From positions 150,224-198,204 of the IMG/VR virus record IMGVR_UViG_3300022468_000772: a stretch of 47,981 bases of DNA; one strand, written 5' to 3'. A model generated the notes under the pieces. It worked only from the letters and a program-made list of their open reading frames with translations, did not search any database and had not been told where the DNA came from. This stretch comes from a virus. Its lineage: Duplodnaviria; Heunggongvirae; Uroviricota; Caudoviricetes. The position numbers and the translations under genes were made by a program. Below are positions 1 to 8,202 of the stretch, in pieces (positions within the stretch are counted from its first letter, which is position 1; every line of letters starts with the position of its first letter).

Positions 1-23
1 GTTCTTTTTTGAATTCTTTAAAT

Positions 24-905
24 TTACCCATGATTTTCTTTGTATAGTGGAAGGTTTAAAACATAGTCGATAGCATTCTTTTCAGCAATCTTTTCGATGT
101 ATTTAACCGGAACTTCTCTTCCCAACAATCCCCATATAGAACCAGCAATAGCAGCAACCGAGTCGCTATCACCATCATGAGCAATAGAAAGCTCTAGAAG
201 CTCGTCAAACGTTTTTGCTTTGGTAACAGACCAGTGAGCCATTTTGACGCATTCTAGGGCTGTCCAGCCTTCTCCAATTTGATCTATGCGCGACACTGAT
301 AAAGGAAATTCTAAAAGAACGTCTTTTTTAGCAAAATAATACAAATCCATTAGATAGTGAACTGCTATTTTATTTTCGGCATGTTTATGAGTCATTTCAG
401 CAGATTCTATAGCCATAGAAGTAGCTAAAACTAAATCATCGAACCATGCAAAAGGTAAGATACGCATGACAGAGCCGCAACCCTTTGAGTCATTTTCTAC
501 CTGTTCGCCATTAACCATGTTGCGACATGCTTCCATGCAGGTGTCGCCCGGTGATTTTCTCTTCTGCATTTCTGGCATCATCTGCAATTCAGAAAATGAA
601 ATATCGCCTATGATCTGTACTCTCTGAGTTTTGTACCATGCCACATAAGCATCCATCATGGCATTTGAAAACGGGCTACCGTGTATAAGAAATTTATACA
701 ACGATGAAGTGTTGAGAAAATCAAGATGTTCGGCAATAAACAAAGCCATTTGTGTGTCGTCAGTAATCTCAATCACACTTTCATTTTGTGCATACGCAAC
801 AACATCAGACGGTTTAATGTCTGAATCAAATTCGAATGGATCACCCACAGCATCACAAACAGCCTGTGCGTAAAATGCATTCCTAAAACGTTCGATTTTG
901 TTCAC
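24..905 (-). CDS. ADP-ribosylglycohydrolase (ARH/DraG family)
   Basis: N-terminal A(V)CDAVGDPFEF, TDDTQMA and C-terminal HDGDSDSVAAIAGSIWG metal-binding motifs typical of the ARH fold. Confidence 0.9.
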   Translation of the reverse strand: MNKIERFRNAFYAQAVCDAVGDPFEFDSDIKPSDVVAYAQNESVIEITDDTQMALFIAEHLDFLNTSSLYKFLIHGSPFSNAMMDAYVAWYKTQRVQIIGDISFSELQMMPEMQKRKSPGDTCMEACRNMVNGEQVENDSKGCGSVMRILPFAWFDDLVLATSMAIESAEMTHKHAENKIAVHYLMDLYYFAKKDVLLEFPLSVSRIDQIGEGWTALECVKMAHWSVTKAKTFDELLELSIAHDGDSDSVAAIAGSIWGLLGREVPVKYIEKIAEKNAIDYVLNLPLYKENHG

Positions 906-1170
906 TTATAAATCCTGACTGTTTTACCATTTTATCGGATATTTCTTTAGCATATTGATTAATATGCTGCTTGACTGCAATTTTATCACCTTTGATATGG
1001 TGGATCAAATGCCAAGAATCTGACATATTAACCATCATTTGAGAAAAGTTTTCCCATTTGAAATTAGGGCCACGGTTATCTGGATTGCACATGGAAGAAA
1101 ACCACGATGAAACGTTTGCATAACATACGTTTGCAATTTCATAGCATTTGCTTTGACTCAGTTCTTTCAT
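883..1170 (-). CDS. hypothetical protein
   Basis: 95-aa ORF packed in the minus-strand operon; no recognisable motif. Confidence 0.6.
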   Translation of the reverse strand: MKELSQSKCYEIANVCYANVSSWFSSMCNPDNRGPNFKWENFSQMMVNMSDSWHLIHHIKGDKIAVKQHINQYAKEISDKMVKQSGFISEQNRTF

Positions 1171-1179
1171 TTTAATCCT

Positions 1180-1530
1180 TTAAGCCCAAGCCATGATCCA
1201 CGCATCCTCTTTTGAAAGATTTACATGCGGATGGCTACCGTAACACAAATCATCCAATTTATCAGCTTTCCGAATCACCAGATTCTTAACCAGTTCATCA
1301 TCACACATCCCCATATCTTGAAGATGTGCTTCGTATTCCAATGTGTTGTGAAAAACCTTCAATTTAATCCATGGGAAAAACTTTGACCAGAAATTGTGGC
1401 GCGAGATAATTTTAGCGTTTTCACACTCCATTTTCTCGCGCAATTTCTTTTGGTAGGCTTCTTCTTTCTGCTTGCGAAAATTTTCAATCGCAAATTGTAA
1501 TTCAGCTTTCCGAACCTTTATGTAACTCAT
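1180..1530 (-). CDS. hypothetical protein
   Basis: 116-aa ORF, tight packing with neighbours. Confidence 0.7.
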   Translation of the reverse strand: MSYIKVRKAELQFAIENFRKQKEEAYQKKLREKMECENAKIISRHNFWSKFFPWIKLKVFHNTLEYEAHLQDMGMCDDELVKNLVIRKADKLDDLCYGSHPHVNLSKEDAWIMAWA

Positions 1531-2545
1531 TCTCTTTTCTTTCTTTCAATCGCAAGATTGACTCATTGATTTTTTCCTGATCAGTCACATACAGCATGTA
1601 AGGTGAAAACAATTTGGAATTACTCTTGCAGTATTGCATAAATTCACCCAACTCTTTGTTTTCGTAGCCAGTCAAATCACGAACAATGTTACCATTGAAC
1701 TTGAGGCGACCCATTTCAAGCACTGCAGCCTTTGCAACCAGTTCTTTAAATTCTTCTTCCACCCGCATCGGAAAGTGATCAAATACCAACTCCATAGCGT
1801 CTGCTTTGCTCACAAAACCTTCATGCACAGGGCCAGTATAGCTCTTGTTGTATTCCAAGAACTTGTTGTATGTGGCACGTTTTTTGTCACGGATACGACT
1901 TACCGCATTCACATTCTCAAACAGGTAGATTGAGGGATTGAAGTATTTCGATTTAGAAACCCAATCGAACATTTCTTCCACGGTATCGAAACCAGCTTTG
2001 AATTGCTCCACGTTAAGACCCAAAAAGTATAGTGTCTCTTCGTAATCCAACGTCAAAACAATTTCACCTAACTCTTTGGTACCACTCCGCACAGGGATAA
2101 CAAGGCCACGATGACCATGCTTCATACCGAATTTGTGCGCCAGCCGACCTACCAAGTTTCCTTGGTCGTTGAATGAGAAATAAGAACGTGCGTATCCGTA
2201 AGATTTGGTGTCATTAAAGATCAGATCGACTTGCAAATCTTTGTAATTGAGACTATATACATCGCTGTTTTTAACACACTCGAACCCATACCCTAATTGA
2301 GTATTTACTTTTTCAAAAACAAACGATAAAGCATCACCCAAAAAGGATGAAGATTCATATTTCTTTTCGATCAGAACATCCATATCACCGAAAGAGTCTT
2401 TCAGCTTAACAGGCTGGATTGGGCCAAAACGACGATTGACGCCCAAAACATCAGTTATGATTTTGGATACTTCTTTGACAGCCAGTTCATATTCGTCTTT
2501 TTCGTACCGACGTGTAGGTACGTTACGAAGAGCGTTTCCACCCAT
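1502..2545 (-). CDS. putative Pol-beta-superfamily nucleotidyltransferase (phage 'MGGNA' family)
   Basis: 347 aa; SFGDMDVLI resembles the DxD motif of Pol-beta-like NTases, with a later DLIF strand; substrate unknown. Confidence 0.55.
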   Translation of the reverse strand: MGGNALRNVPTRRYEKDEYELAVKEVSKIITDVLGVNRRFGPIQPVKLKDSFGDMDVLIEKKYESSSFLGDALSFVFEKVNTQLGYGFECVKNSDVYSLNYKDLQVDLIFNDTKSYGYARSYFSFNDQGNLVGRLAHKFGMKHGHRGLVIPVRSGTKELGEIVLTLDYEETLYFLGLNVEQFKAGFDTVEEMFDWVSKSKYFNPSIYLFENVNAVSRIRDKKRATYNKFLEYNKSYTGPVHEGFVSKADAMELVFDHFPMRVEEEFKELVAKAAVLEMGRLKFNGNIVRDLTGYENKELGEFMQYCKSNSKLFSPYMLYVTDQEKINESILRLKERKENELHKGSES

Positions 2546-2552
2546 AGATTCC

Positions 2553-2759
2553 TCAATTCTTCAATTCACGGATTTCGGTGGCTGCAGCCCGTAGAACTGC
2601 ACTATCACCACCTTCAACGTCACTCAAATCAGCATTTTGCGCAATTCTAGCGCATTCTTCAATAATCAGCATTGCAAATGATTGAATCTCTGGGTTGTCG
2701 ATAAACCAGTCCTTGTGCAGACCAGCTTTGTTTGCGATTTGAGTAAGATTGTTTTTCAT
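2553..2759 (-). CDS. hypothetical protein (small phage family with FAxxIIxEC motif)
   Basis: 68 aa, GAGG RBS upstream; resembles 9273..9500. Confidence 0.7.
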   Translation of the reverse strand: MKNNLTQIANKAGLHKDWFIDNPEIQSFAMLIIEECARIAQNADLSDVEGGDSAVLRAAATEIRELKN

Positions 2760-2766
2760 GGCTTAA

Positions 2767-2970
2767 TTATACACCAATTTTGTTGTTGCAGTCAGGACAC
2801 TTAATAAATTCATAGATGTCTCTCCCACCACCATAATCTCCATGGATTTCTTTCTGCACATCCCTTGGTACATACTCAAGGGTAGCACCACAATTGCGGC
2901 ACAGACATTGCTTCACCAGACTTGGTGGCGGCACACGAGATACAACAGTGACCATGATTAATGCATCCAA
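2767..2970 (-). CDS. small zinc-ribbon protein
   Basis: CRNC...CPDC cysteine pairs. Confidence 0.65.
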   Translation of the reverse strand: MDALIMVTVVSRVPPPSLVKQCLCRNCGATLEYVPRDVQKEIHGDYGGGRDIYEFIKCPDCNNKIGV

Positions 2971-3233
2971 AAAATGGTTAGAACGATAGAACCGTCATGC
3001 CTATCCTGATCAACCAGAAAACCGAGTTCGCGTTCCAAAGTATAAATGATGTTCCGAATAAGCGTGTCAAACTCATTTCGATTCATAACAGTCAAAGAAG
3101 GTATACCGATAGTGTAATTAATTTTTTGTTGCTTTGATGCAACACTTTGACATATTTTCTTAATTTCATCGATATGCTTCACCACATCGGTATCGTTATA
3201 CATAAGACGTAGAGTTTTGGCGAATGATTGCAT
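2958..3233 (-). CDS. hypothetical protein
   Basis: 91-aa ORF in operon. Confidence 0.65.
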   Translation of the reverse strand: MQSFAKTLRLMYNDTDVVKHIDEIKKICQSVASKQQKINYTIGIPSLTVMNRNEFDTLIRNIIYTLERELGFLVDQDRHDGSIVLTIFWMH

Positions 3234-3234
3234 T

Positions 3235-3717
3235 TTATTTCCTTTTCTTTGTTACAGATCGCATACCAACAGTGTATGTAGCACCGTAGTATATCATGGA
3301 ATGTGTTTTTCGAGGGTTGAACAAAACAGAATCCCCGACTTTTAAAGTGGTTTCTTTCTTTTTACCAGTTTCGTCATAATAATGAAATACTGGTTCATAC
3401 TCAAAAAATTTATCTTTTACCTTTAAACCAGACAGTTGGACAAGAACCAACTGAAAAAATGTTGGAGCATCGATACCATCCGTATGTGGTTGAATTGATC
3501 TATTATGACGCTGTACATCAATACAGTGTGGTGCAATGTCAAACCCATAGCGACATTTAGCAGTTTTAATAGGCTCGAAATCATCAGGTATTTCTTTATT
3601 CATGTGTTTCCAAAGGTCAGGAAATTCTAACCAATGGAAATCACCATTATTGAAATTGTTTAGCTCTGCGTGTTGATTATTGAAAAGACTTCCAATTCCA
3701 CGTGCATTCAACTTCAT
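3235..3717 (-). CDS. putative 2OG-Fe(II) oxygenase (DSBH fold)
   Basis: HTD ... GDSVLFNPRKTH ... R pattern fits an HxD...H facial triad. Confidence 0.5.
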   Translation of the reverse strand: MKLNARGIGSLFNNQHAELNNFNNGDFHWLEFPDLWKHMNKEIPDDFEPIKTAKCRYGFDIAPHCIDVQRHNRSIQPHTDGIDAPTFFQLVLVQLSGLKVKDKFFEYEPVFHYYDETGKKKETTLKVGDSVLFNPRKTHSMIYYGATYTVGMRSVTKKRK

Positions 3718-3929
3718 TTCAGTGTCCCCAAAAGATAATCAATAGAGATATCGAGATATTCACTCATATAATCAAAAATAAATTTTAAAACCACCAGTGG
3801 AAAAATAAACACTACCCGGAAAGGTATGAAACACCACTGACGCACAGTTAAACCAGAAAATTCCATCCAGAGTTTTATACGTTCATTTTGCGGATAAAAT
3901 TTACCGACACGTTTATTCCAGAAGCTCAT
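3714..3929 (-). CDS. hypothetical membrane protein
   Basis: 71 aa with hydrophobic stretch FIPFRVVFIFPLVVLKFIF; ATGA overlap with the next gene. Confidence 0.6.
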   Translation of the reverse strand: MSFWNKRVGKFYPQNERIKLWMEFSGLTVRQWCFIPFRVVFIFPLVVLKFIFDYMSEYLDISIDYLLGTLK

Positions 3930-3932
3930 ATG

Positions 3933-5093
3933 TTACTCCAAAAAGAATTTCAACTTCGCATCTTCACGTGCGGTCTTCCATGCTTCGGCAACAGAAGAAT
4001 TGTTCTTACGGGCAGTGAACATGAATGACTTAGCAGGATGATCCTTGACAGCCAGAGCAAACTCTTTCTGATCTTCGATGTGAATCACCGACTGAAAAAA
4101 TTCAGTCATGTTATCAACAAAGATGTTGACTTCAATTGCAGCCAGTGTGAATTCGGGTGTGAATTCAGGGAAGTAGCTCAAGAATTCAGCTTGCTCGTTA
4201 GTCAGAACCAACTTGAAGATGTTCTTTTGAGTTGGCACAGTAGAATCACCACGGATAGAGTGAGCCACAACGTATTGCTTGCTCTTGAATTTCATCCGCT
4301 TACCTGAATTGTGATCATACACAACATAACCCTCTTCAAGACCCGGCAGCGCATCCGCAAGAGCCTGTAACTCCTGTGGAGTGCTTGGACATGTGATGAA
4401 ATCTGGAGCGCGTACATTCAGACCAAAAGAAGACATATGGTAAGCAATAGTTTTCAAAACTGCTGAACCAGCAAATTCAAAAGGTTGGGTATTCTTGTTG
4501 ATTGACAGCAAAACCATTTGATCTTCACTGTATGGGCGAACAATACGATTTTTCTTACCCACATATTCCATTACATAGGTTGTGTCTTTTTGAAATGATT
4601 CATTGAAAATATCCTGAAAATACTCTTCAGACACACCAAAAGCATTCAACACACCTTCGCGGAATGTACCACCAAGAGGATGGTTACCTTCGGCCTGTGC
4701 CATACCACGAGTGGAGATTTGCCACTTATTTTCGAAAGGATCAAACCACACACCAATCAAGGAACCATCTTCCTTGGATGCGACAGTGCAGGTGTCAGGC
4801 GAGAATGTAAAGTCTTCATAGAATTCTTGCATTTCACCGTGATTGAAGAAACGTGAAAACTTGCGAGACAGAACTTCAATATCATCAGGATTTTCTGTGA
4901 TGTTGATAATCAGAGAACGGCATTCACGCGCAATCGGATTGTCCTTGGGGCTGTCGATTTGGTCGTAGTCGAGCAGCACGTAGTTCTGGTAAACACGGTT
5001 CTTGATACCGAGTGTTTCCTTGAGAATATCCAAGCACTCGGTGAAGTTATATGTGTTCAGATTTTCTTTAAACCATTGGAGTGTAGGTGACAT
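3933..5093 (-). CDS. rnlA: RNA ligase 1 (T4 Rnl1/gp63 family)
   Basis: Motif I KEDGS, KFSRFFNHGE, EEGYVV and KFKSKQY ligase motifs; 386 aa. Confidence 0.88.
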   Translation of the reverse strand: MSPTLQWFKENLNTYNFTECLDILKETLGIKNRVYQNYVLLDYDQIDSPKDNPIARECRSLIINITENPDDIEVLSRKFSRFFNHGEMQEFYEDFTFSPDTCTVASKEDGSLIGVWFDPFENKWQISTRGMAQAEGNHPLGGTFREGVLNAFGVSEEYFQDIFNESFQKDTTYVMEYVGKKNRIVRPYSEDQMVLLSINKNTQPFEFAGSAVLKTIAYHMSSFGLNVRAPDFITCPSTPQELQALADALPGLEEGYVVYDHNSGKRMKFKSKQYVVAHSIRGDSTVPTQKNIFKLVLTNEQAEFLSYFPEFTPEFTLAAIEVNIFVDNMTEFFQSVIHIEDQKEFALAVKDHPAKSFMFTARKNNSSVAEAWKTAREDAKLKFFLE

Positions 5094-5121
5094 TTTATTT
5101 CTATCGTGTTTTGAAGACTAG

Positions 5122-5130
5122 ATTATATCA
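5122..5130 (-). promoter_or_regulatory. extended -10 (TGnTATAAT) early-type promoter for rnlA
   Basis: TGATATAAT in the 49-bp intergenic gap. Confidence 0.7.
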
Positions 5131-5142
5131 CAGAACGGCTAG

Positions 5143-5382
5143 TCAAACTTTCTTTAGAACCAAAATAGAATCTTTCCAGAGAAATAATTGCAAAGAATGT
5201 GGGTAATTTCCTATTTCCCAAACTTTATCCTCGTCAAATACATATGCAAACGTATTGATATCCGTTCCCGATACCTTATAGTTCCTGTAATGACCCTTTA
5301 CACCATCGATTATGGCTTGACCTGCAGATTCTGACAGTTCAGCAGCCATAAGGCCATTGTTGCGTAGCTGATAGTATCGCAT
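5143..5382 (-). CDS. hypothetical protein
   Basis: 79-aa ORF with AAGGA RBS. Confidence 0.6.
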   Translation of the reverse strand: MRYYQLRNNGLMAAELSESAGQAIIDGVKGHYRNYKVSGTDINTFAYVFDEDKVWEIGNYPHSLQLFLWKDSILVLKKV

Positions 5383-5391
5383 AGTTTTCCT

Positions 5392-6030
5392 TCAAACAGT
5401 TGCGGTGTAAGTCAAAGATGCACGACTCATGCTGGACAAGAAATCAGTTGCTTCTTTGCGGGTGAATGTCGAACCATTAACAGAGAAACGCAGACTACCG
5501 TTACGCTGGTAGAAAGGTTTAATTGTCAGCTTGGATTCTGGATTGATTCGACGAGAAACAGTGATTACAGGCGTCTTGTTTTCAGCAAAATCAGTCATCA
5601 TTTGTTTGATGTTAGCCTTAGCAATAACATCACCGATTTCTGGATCAGCTTTCAGCTTTTCTTCACGAATGCGATTTTGTTCATCTGCTGCTGCTATAGC
5701 AGCAGCAATATTGCGAACATATGCTTCTTCGATTTCATTCACACGCTTTTTCAACTCACGGCAGTATTCAGCAGCAGCAATGTTTGCCAAGCCGAAGTTG
5801 ATAGTTGCTTGCAAGTTGTCATAATCCTCGCTAAAGCCACCAGAAGAGTGAGAGACAGAAAATGTCCATTCGGAAGGCTTTTTGTAATCATAGCCAATAC
5901 GACGAATGGAAATATTAACCACATCAGACCAGAAACCTTCGACAGTCACTCGCAATGTGTTGTAATTGCCAACTTCACTCATGTTGAGTTCAGGGATGTT
6001 GTAAGGCAAAGTGGAAGTGGTTTGTGTCAT
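5392..6030 (-). CDS. hypothetical protein
   Basis: 212 aa, GAGGT RBS and own promoter. Confidence 0.8.
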   Translation of the reverse strand: MTQTTSTLPYNIPELNMSEVGNYNTLRVTVEGFWSDVVNISIRRIGYDYKKPSEWTFSVSHSSGGFSEDYDNLQATINFGLANIAAAEYCRELKKRVNEIEEAYVRNIAAAIAAADEQNRIREEKLKADPEIGDVIAKANIKQMMTDFAENKTPVITVSRRINPESKLTIKPFYQRNGSLRFSVNGSTFTRKEATDFLSSMSRASLTYTATV

Positions 6031-6062
6031 GTTAATTACCTCTTTTGTGTTTCGATGAATGA

Positions 6063-6071
6063 ATTATATCA
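6063..6071 (-). promoter_or_regulatory. extended -10 early-type promoter
   Basis: TGATATAAT followed by TCATTCATCGAAACAC and an AGAGGT RBS. Confidence 0.75.
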
Positions 6072-6074
6072 TAG

Positions 6075-6096
6075 AAAAAGGCCCCGAAGGGCCTTT
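6075..6096 (-). terminator. intrinsic terminator after nadV
   Basis: AAAGGCCC-TTCG-GGGCCTTTTT: perfect stem, C(UUCG)G loop, U tract. Confidence 0.9.
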
Positions 6097-6109
6097 GTTT
6101 GAATTTATT

Positions 6110-7432
6110 TTAGAAATTCAATGCACGTGCTTTCATTTCGTCCCATGTTGGCTTGTACAAGACTTCGCCACGGCTATAGTGTTTTACATACTGGTCACTG
6201 AACTGACGACCACCGCGAGACTTCTTACCTTGATCAGTGATAGGATTCTTCACAGTATCCACCCACAGACCACCGATTTTCATGGCAGAAGTCTTTTGTG
6301 CGAACTTCATTGTGTCGCGAGTCACCGATTGCAGCAAACCACCACCAGAACCCAAAACAACACACTCCGGTGCATAACCCAAGTCAATGACCTTTTGCAT
6401 GAGCATCATAGCACTGGTTGGATTGATACCGTCGCCTTGAATGATACCCACGTTGTTGATCACTTTCTTACCCTTGGAATTCATGGTGAATCCAAAAGCT
6501 GCTTCCTGCATTGCAAGCAGTCGTGGAACAACTTCAAACATGTCGCCGGAATCAGGACGGAAAACTACCTTTGCACCGGATGCAATGATCTGTTCTTTAA
6601 ATTCAGTACAGAGCAAGCCTGCTTCACGATACACATTATATCCATCAAGAACGATAGATACAATACCACCCTTTTTAGCATACTTGTCCAACATAGTCTT
6701 CAAATAAAGACGTTGACTGGCTTCACCGTATGAACATTGAACAGAGTGTTCAGATGCAGGGACACTGTAACCGGCAATATCAGCACCATAGTAGTGACGC
6801 GCACCCATCAAAGCAGAAACGTTGTCGGTACCATTGAAGTAAATTAAGTGACCCAGACCACCAGCAACTGCAGACTCATGAGAAGTTGCACCACGTTGTC
6901 CAAAATCATTCAGGGCAAAACCGAGATTACCAATATTGTCGGAGTATTTCTCATACATCCACTTCAAATTTTTGTAAAGCTCCAGTCCTTGAGAAGCAAT
7001 TGTGGTTGGATACCAAACGGAGCGTTGCATTGGTGTTTCGATAAACGAAGCCAACGTAAACATGCCCGGAATATCACACTCAACCGTTACCAGTGGTACA
7101 TCAGAATCAACAACTGTACCTTCAGGAACAGCATAGATTTCGATTGGAAGGTAACCACCATATTCATTGATAACACGATCCCACATACCACGATCAAATG
7201 GTTCACCATGGCTAGTGATAACGTATTCTGCTTCATCAACAATTTCCTTTGTGACTGGTGTAGTCAGGTATTCATCAATGAACATTGAAATACCGAGTGA
7301 TACGGCTTTCTGCCCCTTGACACGTGCCTGAATGTACGAAGACATTGCACTTGTGTCTTTTGGATACACATCTGGAACTTGTGAATATTTGTAACTGTCG
7401 GCTGCGGTTACGATAGATTTTTGCATTGGCAT
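6110..7432 (-). CDS. nadV: nicotinamide phosphoribosyltransferase (NAMPT)
   Basis: ADSYKYS, LNDFGQRG, SVPASEHS, SIVLDGY, VFRPDSGD, IIQGDGI, GSGGGLLQ: full NAMPT motif set. Confidence 0.96.
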   Translation of the reverse strand: MPMQKSIVTAADSYKYSQVPDVYPKDTSAMSSYIQARVKGQKAVSLGISMFIDEYLTTPVTKEIVDEAEYVITSHGEPFDRGMWDRVINEYGGYLPIEIYAVPEGTVVDSDVPLVTVECDIPGMFTLASFIETPMQRSVWYPTTIASQGLELYKNLKWMYEKYSDNIGNLGFALNDFGQRGATSHESAVAGGLGHLIYFNGTDNVSALMGARHYYGADIAGYSVPASEHSVQCSYGEASQRLYLKTMLDKYAKKGGIVSIVLDGYNVYREAGLLCTEFKEQIIASGAKVVFRPDSGDMFEVVPRLLAMQEAAFGFTMNSKGKKVINNVGIIQGDGINPTSAMMLMQKVIDLGYAPECVVLGSGGGLLQSVTRDTMKFAQKTSAMKIGGLWVDTVKNPITDQGKKSRGGRQFSDQYVKHYSRGEVLYKPTWDEMKARALNF

Positions 7433-7460
7433 AGTGAAACTCCTTCTTTATGCGTTGTTT

Positions 7461-7493
7461 TGAGTGCTTGACAAGAGGGCACTCATTCCTCTT
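7461..7493 (-). promoter_or_regulatory. candidate H-type RNA pseudoknot in the nadV 5' leader
   Basis: AAGAGG-AA-UGAGUGC-CCUCUU-GUCAA-GCACUCA: S1 6 bp and S2 7 bp, all Watson-Crick; L1=2, L2=0, L3=5. Confidence 0.6.
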
Positions 7494-7516
7494 TGGTTAA
7501 CTTTAGGCATATTTAC

Positions 7517-7930
7517 TCAGTTCAAAATTACTTCTTTTTTCTTGAAGAAGTGGAAAAGTGCCCGAACCCAATAATCATCTGCCGATTCCATATCACCAAT
7601 ATTTGAAAACCATTCGGTAAACGCCATTTCGATAGTGTCTTTGGCTTCTTTCAAACCCAAACCAGAAACAGTGCGCAGCCCACGAATCGCAGCCACTTTA
7701 TCACGACTTAAAACAGCCTGAATGATTTTTGAAAATGCTGCTTGACGATCTTTGATCATGTTTGTCTCGTAATGAGACGATTCTGGTTCTTTATCCACAA
7801 CTGTTACAGTTGGAATTTCAATGACAGGAATTCCTTCGAGGATGATGTAAGCTGCCTTGGTGGGAGCCGAATTGATTGCCAGTTCAACCAGCTTTGCCAG
7901 AGTTTCTTGAGAAAGATTGGAAATGTTCAT
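7517..7930 (-). CDS. ribosomal protein bL12 (L7/L12) C-terminal-domain-like protein
   Basis: [24 protein letters not shown] matches the bL12 CTD signature (E. coli [24 protein letters not shown]); flanks are not bL12-like. Confidence 0.75.
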   Translation of the reverse strand: [137 protein letters not shown]

Positions 7931-7959
7931 TTGAATTACCTTTGTGTTTGGATAAACGA

Positions 7960-7968
7960 ATTATAGCA
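7960..7968 (-). promoter_or_regulatory. extended -10 early-type promoter
   Basis: TGCTATAAT followed by TCGTTTATCCAAACACAAAGGT. Confidence 0.75.
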
Positions 7969-7985
7969 CAACTTTTAGCTCTGGA

Positions 7986-8159
7986 TCATTTATTTGTAGA
8001 CCGAATACGTTTATTGATTTCTGCAATTTTGGCATTGGTCAAGTCAACCCATTCAGCATAGCTTCGTACTTCCTGCATTTGCTGAATGGATTGCTTCATT
8101 TTAATAAGCTCTTGTTTGAACTTATTCGCATCCATGATTTGCTTTTTGTTTTTAATCAT
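7986..8159 (-). CDS. small hypothetical coiled-coil protein (57 aa, not in ORF track)
   Basis: ATG..TGA ORF MIKNKKQIMDANKFKQELIKMKQSIQQMQEVRSYAEWVDLTNAKIAEINKRIRSTNK with AAGGA RBS. Confidence 0.6.
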   Translation of the reverse strand: MIKNKKQIMDANKFKQELIKMKQSIQQMQEVRSYAEWVDLTNAKIAEINKRIRSTNK

Positions 8160-8202
8160 TGATCCAATCCTTTGTTGTTCTCAGAAAAATTAAGTGTTGT
8201 GA

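Noticed and set aside
6059-6733. 224-aa plus-strand ORF, and similar long shadow ORFs (5602..6102, 34235..34930, 35371..35958, 47428..47889)
   Set aside because: They lie antisense to well-supported genes, have no RBS or motifs, and are the expected by-product of codon bias on the coding strand
7517-7930. bL12-like gene as host contamination or an rplL operon fragment
   Set aside because: No rplK/rplA/rplJ/rpoB neighbours; it has a phage-type promoter cassette and non-bL12 flanks
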